The translations under genes were made by a program, and so were the position numbers. Source: Hydrolagus affinis (lineage: Eukaryota). Taken from it: DNA of 64,000 nt. Below, piece after piece: positions 1-9,994 of this stretch. The notes beneath the pieces were generated by a model. It was given only the letters and a program-made list of their open reading frames with translations. It was not told the origin of the DNA and made no database searches. The first letter of the stretch is position 1. Each line of letters begins with the position of its first letter. The stretch is from NCBI GenBank assembly GCA_012026655.1, contig JAAILG010001257.1, forward strand, positions 1 to 64,000, given 5' to 3'.

Positions 1-340
1 AACTCGGCTGCTCTTGAGGAGAGATTAAAGAGACGGTACTTACGCCTCGGCGTCCCGCAGGCCCGGTACCTCCCTCCTCCGCCTGTTGCTGTCCCGCCAC
101 CGCGCCGCCTCCTCCTCCTCACGTGACCCTCCCACGCGCATAAACAACGGTCGCCGTCATCCGCCCAGTGCGAAGGCACGCACGACCTGCTACGTAATCC
201 ACGCACGACCTGCTGTGAGGCCCCACGCACGACGTGCTATGAGGTCTCACGCACGACGTGCTGTGAGGTCTCACGCACAACGTCGTACGTGACATGAGTG
301 GCCTCACGCGCGACGTAGTGTGTCGTCCCCGCGAGGAACC
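1..340 (-). promoter_or_regulatory. CpG island: probable promoter and non-coding first exon (about 44-120) of the next minus-strand gene
   Basis: CpG density far above the rest of the window, GGAGGAGGAGGCGGCGCGG leader-like tract, donor GGC|gtaagt at 43, E-box TCACGTGA at 119-126. Confidence 0.7.
177..318. repeat. Tandem array of a ~24-bp unit (CACGCACGACGTGCTGTGAGGTCT), 4 clear and 2 degenerate copies
   Basis: Units start at 177, 200, 224, 248, 272 and 305. Confidence 0.85.
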
Positions 341-564
341 CTGGGGGATGCAGTTCTGTCCCATCAGCAACAGCTGTGAGTAGCAAAGCAAGGTGGGGGC
401 ACACAGATAGCAAATGAAGGAGGTCATTCATCCCATCCAGTTTATTCCACTAGTTTACTGGGTCAGATTATTACCGGATCCTTTCAACCCGTCTCGATCA
501 CCTTTCCACCTCAGGCTGCACATTTTACATTTGTAAAGCATGTCAACATTGTATTAGTACAGTA

Positions 565-948
565 ATAACAAATAATAATCCTTGCATTTGATATAGCCCT
601 TTTCACGTCTTCCAGACACCTCAAAGCGCTTCACAGAATATACTGTAAAGTGAATTGACTGTATGTTTGTGGGCGCAACACGGCAGCCAATTGTGCACAG
701 CAGTGTCCCACAAACAGACAATCGGGGAATGAAATGACCAACAACAACAAAATTACATTTGTATAGTGCCTTGCACGTCAGGAGGACATCCCAAGGTGCT
801 GAATTTATCATTGTTCATAATTGTTTTTTTTGAAGGATTACTACAGTATCAGGGGGGATCTTGCCCAAGGTTTTGCCCTGCTTGGAATCCAACCCAGATC
901 TCTCACTTCCAAGGCGAATGCTCTAACCTCTGAGCTCCAGGGCTGCAC
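565..948 (-). mobile_element. Young tRNA-headed SINE, interrupted at about 741-801 by an L2-type tail fragment
   Basis: The head (873-948) and the body/(ATT)n tail (565-740) match the other copies. The insert matches the GGGATGTCCTCCTGACGTG...(TTG)n tail family. Confidence 0.85.
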
Positions 949-964
949 AAATTACGTGTACACT

Positions 965-1240
965 CAGAGTGGGGGCTGGGGAGGGAGGTGGCCGGAAGCA
1001 CGGATGAAGAGGAAGGCCTTCAGGCTGGAGTTGAAAAAGGGGAGAGATGGGGTAAGGCGGAGAGATTGAGGGAGAGTGTTCCCAAGTTTTGGGGTGGAGT
1101 GGCTGAAAGCTCAACCTTCAATGGTGGGGAGGAGTGTGCAAGGGACAAGCAGAAGGCTACTTTCACATGGGGAGGATATCCCAAGGCACTGGACAGCCAA
1201 GGATTTGGCCCCGAGCTGAGGGTCGGGATCAGGGAGAAAT
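965..1240 (-). mobile_element. L2-type LINE 3' end fragments
   Basis: Reverse complement resembles the AFSH..PKL.N.L..LR...F...LK C-terminal ORF2 segment at 32820-32950, followed by a second tail fragment. Confidence 0.7.
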
Positions 1241-3029
1241 TCTCCCGACCTAAAAGTGTTGTACCAAATGTAAGGATTATTATTATTATCATTATTTTCC
1301 CCACACTCTTTATTTCCCAAGAGCTGGAAACTGGGACATTCTTATCACAGGAAACAATGAAACAAATGGGGCGAGAAGAGGAAACAGAAGTTTCACAAAT
1401 GATGCAAGCAGCGATACAGCCAGATGAGCCTCAGCAGCTTTCAAACATCATTCAAAAAGATTTAAAGGAAAAATGTTTAAATCATATCTATTCTCCTTAT
1501 GAAAGAAGGTGGCTTTGAGAAATTGCTGAGCCTGGCAGTGTGAACTACCAACGCTAACCATTTACTCAAGGTTCAGCAATCATACTATTTCAACTTTATA
1601 ATGTATGCTAATTCAGCTTCCTTGCACTGTTGGGTTCATCAAGCCAATGTTGCCAGCAGTGTGACCTGCAGGCAAGTTTTTCTAACGGTTTTGAAGCAAG
1701 TGAAATTGTCTCGAAGCAAGTTTTTGATGATTGTACTAAATTTTAACTCAGAAAAAGAGGTAGATTAGAACAGATTTTAAAATATAGCACACAACTATCA
1801 CAATGATGTTCTAGGGATCAAATTGGAATTATTAAAAAATGCAGCGTGTCAATGTAAAATTGTGTAATGACTAATCTGTTCAGTCAGTACTTAGATCATT
1901 CGGTGCTTCAACAGATCTTAAAAAAGCTCCATGGATTCATACTCTCGCCTACTCTTCATCAGTCAGAGATCATCAGTGCAAGCATTTGATTCGTAACTGA
2001 GTGAGTGCAACAGAATTGCTGCAAGGTTTTTAATTACACGTCTTTGATTTATTACAGTGAACATTCTGTGATCGCCTCCCATGTTCACCCACGCCTCCTA
2101 TGTCAAATCCTATTTTCTCTTCTGTTTCAGATCAGAAATGTCAACTTTACGCCTAATGATATCATCATTACTGGGGGGTTTTTCAAACATGTGGAACTAT
2201 GAATGAATGAGCGCACATTACTGTCGTAAGTAACATTAGTGTTATGCACGTTAGCCTCCCTTTAGAGCCATTCCTGAATGAGACCTGCTCTGCTGTGCAT
2301 TGCTGGTGATATTGTGACCTGGAATCCAGTCAGACAGCTCCAGGCTCCAGCATCATTTTTTCCACGGTTATTATCCCCATGGGAGAAAAGAAAGGAGAAC
2401 ATCTCCCACAGTGATTTGATACATTGACTCTCAAAAGAGCAGCTGAACAGGGGGAAGATCCAGAAAATTAGAACCCAAAAGACAAAGCTGGTATTGGCGT
2501 ATTGATTCAGAGATCATCAGGAGACCTGCTAGTTTCACGCAGGAACCAGCATTAGCCTCCACAACCAGTCTGTGCCATTCAAGATGTAAGAGAGCACTAA
2601 TTTGCTCACTGCTACACTCATCTCCCTACATCGGCCAGCAAGGTTAACTGTAGTTGCAACAGCTGATCTACACATAAGACACCCAGGCCTCATCCAACCT
2701 GTGGCTGCAGCAGATCAACTACAACGCTGTAAAAATCGACCACCCAAATGTGCAGTGAGAGCTCCCCTTCGTGAAAGTTAAGTTGGGCTATAACTACACA
2801 CTCAGCTCCTTAGGGGCCTGGAACTCCATCATAAAGTTAGAGGCAATTATGATGGAATTTGGAGAGTAAAAAATAAAGCAATGAGTCCTAAAATCCTTGT
2901 GAAATTCCACAGTTCTTTTTATTGTTGGGTTAAGAAATTGATGTTAACAAGGTAAAAAGCTTAATTGGCCCCAGTTAATAGGTAATGTTCAAAGGACTTT
3001 TAGCTTGCTTTGTACCTTAATAAAAAAAA

Positions 3030-3440
3030 TCTTGCTTTTGATATAACTCCTTATTATACTGTTAAACACCTTAGGCATTTCACGGGATTTACTGTAGAAT
3101 GTAGTGACTGTATTTTGTAGACAATGTGGCAGCGAATTAACAAATTGCGATGCTCTTCAAACAGACCTGAAATGAATGACCAATTTTATCTGGAGGATTG
3201 TTGGCCAGGACCCCAGGAGAAACTCCCTTCTCTTTTTTAAAAGTGCCATTGTATTGTTAATATTTACTTGAACAGGTAAACCTGGACCTCGGATTATCCA
3301 AAGGATTGCACCTCCCAACAATGCAGCATTCCTTCAGCATTGCAGTGTCAGTTTTTAGGACTACGAACTTAAAGTCCCAATGGGGTTTGAACCCACAATC
3401 CTCTGACCAGAGGTGAGAGTGCTACTTACTAGACCGGCCT
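3030..3440 (-). mobile_element. Old, near full-length Deu-domain SINE (AmnSINE1/SacSINE1-like)
   Basis: tRNA-like head TAGCACTCTCACCTCTG...GTGGGTTCAAACCCCA, Deu core segments GGGAGTTTCTCCTGGGGTCCTGGCCAACA and TGGTCATTCATTTC, L2-like tail; compared with a recalled consensus. Confidence 0.75.
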
Positions 3441-4539
3441 AACATGTAATTTCTATTGATCCAACATGGCAGATTGAACAGCAAGTAGGATGGAGTACAC
3501 TTTAAAAAGATGGTGCTTGACAGGACAAAGTACAATTCTGAATTGTGGTTGTATGAGCTTGTAAATTTGAAATAAGGACATGCAAAAAACTTAAAACCTG
3601 TTGAAAAAGCAATTGATTATTTTCAGTGCTCTAGGTATGATACGTAGATTATAGCTATTGAAATTGAAACAGTAAAATACTTTCACAATTTATCATTAAT
3701 CAATTGTACATTAATCATAATTCCAAAATTTGCCAGTTGATTAAGAAGCCATTCCTGAATGTTATATCTACACAAAAAAGCATGGCCTCTCACATACCGT
3801 CTCCACATGACTCCTAACCCCTTCTCAATGCTTAATGTGAGTGCCTCTGTGAAATATGCCACTCGAGACTGTCTTTGTTTCCCCTCCCCATCATTGTCCA
3901 TTAGAGCCCCTCCTCTCTGCTGCCTCTCGCTCTCACAATGAACAAGTATTACATTGGGATCCCTTGTGCTTTGAAATCTGATCGTTACCTGCAGTAATAC
4001 TTTGCAGAGCACAAGTGAGGAGCTATACCCATCGCCAAATAACATTCCCTGAATTTTTCTCTCGTTGAGAGAAGAGTGATGGGTTCTATTTCACAGAAAT
4101 ACATTACGTACTGGGGAGTGAGGGGAAAGTGTTTTCAAAATAACTCCAGATTACCGATTTTCCTCTTCAGTTTTCTCTCTACCTTTTTCTCCTGAACCTG
4201 TTCTGACTCCCTTTTACCATTCTTTCTTCAGTGACAGTTGCTGTCCAGTATTTTGGCCCGGTGACTATTGTATTTATTGTTCAGGCGTGACCCTTGACAG
4301 CAAGTCCTGGCTATTCAATCTGGTGCCTCTTTATTGCTTTCTCCAAACCTGTTCAAACTGCAAAGAAACTTATTGCTGAAGTATGCACTACAAATCGAGG
4401 TTGGAACGATATGCAGTCGTGGTTTGACGCAAGATTTGTTAATGTATTGACCTTAAGAACCAATACATTTTATAACACAAAATCATTACATTTATGTTTG
4501 CCTTGACTTGTAACTTCTCTAGGTTTCAGTGAGCAGACT

Positions 4540-7500
4540 TTACTTTGGAACAATTTTATTCATAGGGCATTACTGTTAAATGCATCAATTGTTGCCAAGA
4601 AGGAAGAAGTCTAGAAGGCTAGGATATTCCAGAGCCACACAAACCAGTTCTGTCTTGAGGACTAAGCACAGTGGAATTCAGTCAGTTCTGCTCCACCGCC
4701 ATCGGGTGTGAGTTTAAAATTCCTGCCATGTCTCGGAGAGCCCTGATTTTCAGACACAGTTTAAAACTTAAAGAATGAGTGTCACCAACTGTTTCATTTA
4801 CATTTCACATGTCACTGCTAAAAGAGACAAGCACAGATAGAGCACCAGAAATTGGAAAGCAAATTAGGCCAGTTAGAAAGGTTACACAAAATGAATCTTG
4901 TCCAAGAGATAGAGTGTGTTGGTAATTCAAAACTTTGAGAAAAACCTAAAGCTCTTGTTAAAAGTGGAGAAGTTGCTTTGGGGCACTTAATCTTAGGTTT
5001 AACAAGCATTGAAAAGGATGACAAAGCAGGCCACTTCCAACACATGACAAAATGGGAAAGTGTTTAATTTCCCAGTGCTAACATCCCTCACCAAGAAGAG
5101 CCCAAACTTGAACAAAAAGACACGCTGAAAACAAACTGAAAACAGACCCCCATTCAACTAATTTAATTTCTATTGAATAGATTGATGTGTTCGACAGCTC
5201 TGTTCCAGAAACACTGGTAAGACAGATTTGAGAACATCTCAATTGCTCTTACGTTCCAACATGCTCTTCCATTCATGGCGGCACTGATCCAAACATGACA
5301 CCCAGTGTATTGCTAACCAGCGCCACTGAACAGAGATGTGGTGCTTTTCAATGGAAACAGAGGGAAAAATGTGCTGACTTTTAGAACTCTCTTCTAAAGT
5401 GAGAGTTGGCTGCCTAAAGTTGTCGATAAGGAGATAAATCAGAGGTCACGGTTGAAGTCATCACAAAAGACATCTGTGCAATCAGCCAGGTAAGCCACAA
5501 TGGGCTGGCTGCTGCACATCAAGGTTGTGTAAAAAAAAATGTGCCTGAACTTGCCTGAAGTAATTGGCAGCATTTTAAAGTCTTCATCTTTGCCAAGTAG
5601 ACAGAAGAAAGTTACAGTGACTACTCCACTTTTTTTTAAAAATTGTGTAGCTTGTCACTTGCTGAATGATACCTTCTAAAATATGTGTCATTTATCTGTA
5701 ATCATTTTTTTTGTTAAACAAAAATCTCAATATTATCAAAATATGTTTCTCAATGGTAGCAAAACCTCTCATTCAGGTCAAAACAATTTCTACTGGCAAT
5801 GAAAATAGAAACCAGATGAGCAGTAAAGTTTCTAGACCCAGAAGGTTTTCAAATTAACCCTTACCTCTATAAAATATCCCATCTCAGGACTAAATGATTC
5901 TTCACATACACTGTCAAGTTTCACACAGTGAATCAGAAAAAAAATTATAATATTTTAGCAATAAATCTCCTCAAACACCAAGAAACCTTTCTTATTATAA
6001 TATAAATAAATACTTTTTAATAGTTTTGAAAGTTACATTTATACTGACTATTTCATCATTTTCTAGATTTCTATTTTCTTTTCTATTCTCTTTGTCCTTC
6101 AATATTAAGCTTTAAAGCTTTTTCAAACTTTTTGTCTAAGTTAATTTTTTAAATGATGCCTTATATTTATCTTACTTTGTTTATCCAATCTCTGTCGTTC
6201 ATTGCATAAGCTTGGAGCAGAATTGTATTTTTAAAAGAATTTTTTTTACCAGTCTAATCTTTTTACCAATAATGTGGGTCAGAATGGATGATCGATAACA
6301 GCCACTTCATAGATACAAACCTGTCAATTACGAAAGTGAAAAGCCGAATACTCAAATCAGTTCAAACCTAGACTGTATTGAGAAAGTTCAAATATTTTAG
6401 AAGAAACACTATACTGCTTACTTTCTTCCTTCACCCTGGCACTTTCAGCCCAATCTACAATGAATCAGGAATGAATGAAGTATTTAAAGTCAGTAAAATC
6501 CAAGAATACAGACATAATCATGGATTTGTTCATGTCTGAATCATAACTGCGAGGCATAATATTCATAATGGTTTACTGCACAGAACCTTACGTGAAACTT
6601 AGTGAAATGCAAGTGAGATTTTCTCAATTTTCGATGGGACATTAAATAAAGGAGACATTGTGATGCCTATTCCGCAGATGGATATGTCAGCCCTTTGTAT
6701 GTAATGCCTGAAGCATGCCAGTTACTCAAAATGCAGTCTTGGCACAAGGCAAGTTTATTATGATATGAAGCAAAAACTTGTCATACTATTTGTGCTCCAA
6801 GATGGTATTAAATTAAAATAAAAGAAACACATTCATGAAAGAAAAAAAAATACATGTGACTAATAAAACATGAATTCACAAAAGTTTCAGCAACAAACAC
6901 ATTATGACGCTCATAATATCTCTGTAGAACGCACATATAAATGTACAGAATGTCAACAGTAGCTGACAGATTACAAGGAAAGCAATTTCATATTGACAGT
7001 CATTCCATCAGTGGATTGCTCACTATGGTAACACATATTGAAATCAAAATGGGATTGATGTTGGATGAAGGCCTATGAAACCCAGGAGTAAATCACCTGT
7101 ACAACACAAGACTGCACTGCCTATGTCATGTCAAAACATAACCTGTATTTTTAACATTGTAATACATAGTATTACTGAGCCAACAATGTAGTCTGCATAT
7201 TTTATACCAAATAAAAATAACAAAAAATCCTAATATAAAAACAATGATTTGCCTATACTGTATTTTATTGACAAATGATCCAAAGTATAATTACTTCTTC
7301 CTGACTTACAATATTTATTAGGAAAACATAATTTACAGAATATTTTGAACAAATACATTAATTGATGTATTGCCACTTTAAAACTCAACGTTGCAGACAG
7401 GACACTGGGTAATATCCAGCGACCCAGACCTGCTAATATGGAAAGATACGGTGTCCACACCTACACAAGTGTTCAATAGTCATTAGTCCGCAATCACAAT

Positions 7501-7567
7501 GTGTAGATGGGTTCCCTCTAGGTTGAACAGCCTGGAGATCAGATAAACGTACCTAAGCAGCCAGAAT
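4540..7567 (-). other. Probable MAMLD1 3' UTR with proximal and distal poly(A) signals
   Basis: AT-rich with no recognisable SINE or L2. Minus-strand AATAAA at 7314-7319 and 7264-7269 (followed by a U-rich tract at 7208-7229) and at 4555-4560. The extent is inferred. Confidence 0.45.
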
Positions 7568-8622
7568 TTAAGAGTGCTGCCCCAGAAAGTCATCGAGCGT
7601 TAAGTCATTTATCCAGTCATCATTGCTACTGCTGGTCTTCATGATGGACTCTATGAAGTCAGAGTCATTCCGAGACCCACTCAAGGTACCGCTGTTGTTA
7701 TGCTGGAGAAAGTCAAAAGAAGAAACCTCTGAGGCCGAATTGACACAGTTGTAGGATCCAGATGACAGGCCAGTCGATGTGTAGCTGGCTGGAGCAAGTC
7801 CTGGAGCTGGATGTGTCTGGCCTAAACTGGTGATGCCTGGGGGCACTGGCTTCATACCGGCCAAGGCTGTTAAAGGTAGCCTCGGTTGGTTATTCCTCGG
7901 GGGTTGCCCACTCATGGGGACCAATGATTGTCCATTCTGGCCTGGGTTCAGTTGCTGAAGTGGCCTCATCTGCCCTCCTGGTGCTATCTGGTTTGGTGGC
8001 GCTATGCTTTGATGAGGAAATGGCTGTACAGGTAAATTGGGTCTCATGGTCTGTTTGGAGAAGATCGGACTGTTTGGGAACTGCTGCATGCCGGCGTCCA
8101 TTTTGTTCTGGTTTTGCATGACTGAAATCCTTTGCGGTGCCCACATTTGAGATGCCATGCTCGGGGTGGCTAAAGGATTTGTGATTCCCTGAACTGACAT
8201 ATTAGCACCTGTCTGGTTCATGGATTGCCGTATATGTTGGACAGGTACAGCAGGATTTGCCACCGAGCCACCAAATCCAGAAATTGTTGTCCTTTGGGGG
8301 ATCATGGGCTGGCTTGGGACTGCCTGGCTGCTTGATCTCATTCCCAACGCATTCTGGCTGGGTCGGAGTGGCATATTAATGCCAGACGATGTCACGTTAA
8401 TGCTTGGAGACTGTACATACATGCCTTGTTGACTGCCAGGATTGTTTGGATACATTCCCATCGTCCGGTCACCCTGACTGGCATTGACTGAAGGAATTCC
8501 AGGCCCTAGATTGCTCTGAGACGTGACTTGCAAAAGCGCTTGGTTGAGCCTCATACTACAGTGAGTGGATGCCGATGTTGCCAATGGCTGTCCAGGGTTC
8601 GCAGGCAAAGACTGGGCTACAG
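7568..8622 (-). CDS. MAMLD1: MAMLD1 terminal coding exon; P/Q/S/M-rich region ending in an acidic mastermind C-terminal motif
   Basis: Acceptor tctttattttgttcacag|CT completes the phase-1 codon (G+CT = Ala) and the frame stays open to TAA at 7570-7568. The end DSDFIESIMKTSSSNDDWINDLTLDDFLGQHS resembles recalled MAML2 DADFIDSLLKTEPGNDDWMKDINLDEILGNNS. Confidence 0.9.
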
Positions 8623-8886
8623 CTGTGAACAAAATAAAGATAACAATATTAATGTCACCCTTTCGTAAGGCATATGACATGACTTGTGTCATCAAGTATA
8701 GCAGTCGATGCCTCTGATAAGGTAGGAAGGTGCAAACGATCTGACTATTCTTCCATTGTGAACCTATGAGAGCATTAATCACTTGCTGGGAATTGAAATA
8801 CTCTACAAAGCTTTTCTGACAATACATTTACAACCATCGAATGATATCCTGAGGTTTTTTTTTAAAGCTGCATATATATACACACA

Positions 8887-8887
<1 letters not shown>

Positions 8888-8921
<34 letters not shown>
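8888..8921. repeat. (TA)n microsatellite
   Basis: Direct reading. Confidence 0.95.
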
Positions 8922-8924
<3 letters not shown>

Positions 8925-9708
8925 GCAACAGGGTGCCAAAAAAAATTACGTAACATGTTTTGGACCTATCAGCAATCGGAAATCACCTAGAATTATCACA
9001 CCTGCACAAATGTTGAGTTGATTTATTCCAAAAAGGCTTGGCAAGATCCTTCTGGCTCGTAGCCTCAACCTTTTGGATTCTCTTCACCAATTTACCTGTT
9101 GCACACAAACAACATCCTGCACCAGGATATAGCAACACAAGTCCTCCTCACTTCCTCCTCCTCCTCCTCCTCCTCCTTCCCTTCACCAGTATTTCACAAA
9201 GTGACAGAAACAAATACAGCTGCTTAAGCACTTATACTGGAAATTTTGTTGTGCAGATTTTTTGGAGCCTGTGAGGGGGTGGGAAACACGGGGTGGGGGA
9301 GGGGGGAAGCGGGTTGCGGGGGAGAGTGAAAGAGTGTGTTCTATTGGGAGGGGGAACAGTGAGATTTTTTAAAATAAGAAGTGGATACAACTTTCATTTG
9401 GCAGAAAATACAAATTAAAAACCTGTTAAAAAAAAACACGAGATGGAAATGCAATGAAAGCTTGCGGCAATGCTGCGCAGGCAAATCCACCTCTCGCCTG
9501 GCACAGCTAGCAAACATCCAGATGCTGGAGCCAGGCTCATGGGTAAGATTTTCAGGATCTCGGCTTCCAAGTGAAATAAACGGCATCTCTCCCCTCCATG
9601 CCAAAGACAACTTCCAGGCAGCATGCTTACTGCTTTCCTGATTAAAACATTGAGGCTCTTTTTTTTTTAAAACACAGTATATATTAGATTCTCAAATGAA
9701 GATCTTAC

Positions 9709-9817
9709 CCTGGTACTGACTTAACGGTTGAACTCTGAACGTGCACCTCGATTCCTTGTAATCGGGGGACACTCGTAGCATGTGACCATTCATTTGATCG
9801 TGCTGTCTTTGTTTTTC
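9709..9817 (-). CDS. MAMLD1: MAMLD1 internal exon (MAML exon 4 equivalent), 109 nt, EKQRQHDQMNGHMLRVSPDYKESR...QYQ
   Basis: Strong pyrimidine tract ctttttcag|GAA, donor CAGG|gtaaga, phase 0/1. Aligns by eye with recalled MAML2 EKIAPQDQINRHLSRPPPDYKDQR. Confidence 0.9.
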
Positions 9818-9936
9818 CTGAAAAAGAGACAAAAGGAGGAAACACGGATTTAATAATTTGCCAATGAGTATATCCTGAAGCACAAAAATCCAGATGAAGT
9901 AATACATTTTAATCCAACTATGTGTACAGCTCTTTT

Positions 9937-9938
9937 TC

Positions 9939-9969
<31 letters not shown>

Positions 9970-9994
9970 CCATATATATATATATATATATATA
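9937..9994. repeat. Compound (CT)n(AT)n microsatellite
   Basis: Direct reading. Confidence 0.95.

Noticed and set aside
177-318. CRISPR-like array
   Set aside because: Head-to-tail units without unique spacers, eukaryotic context, no cas genes.
8623-8827. N-terminal 68 codons of the 419-aa ORF (MYCQKSF...)
   Set aside because: Intronic read-through upstream of a good phase-1 acceptor at 8623; no mastermind similarity.
9274-9321. G-quadruplex-like G-run cluster (others at 19765, 20583 and 61680)
   Set aside because: Such G-runs are common throughout the window; nothing singles one out.
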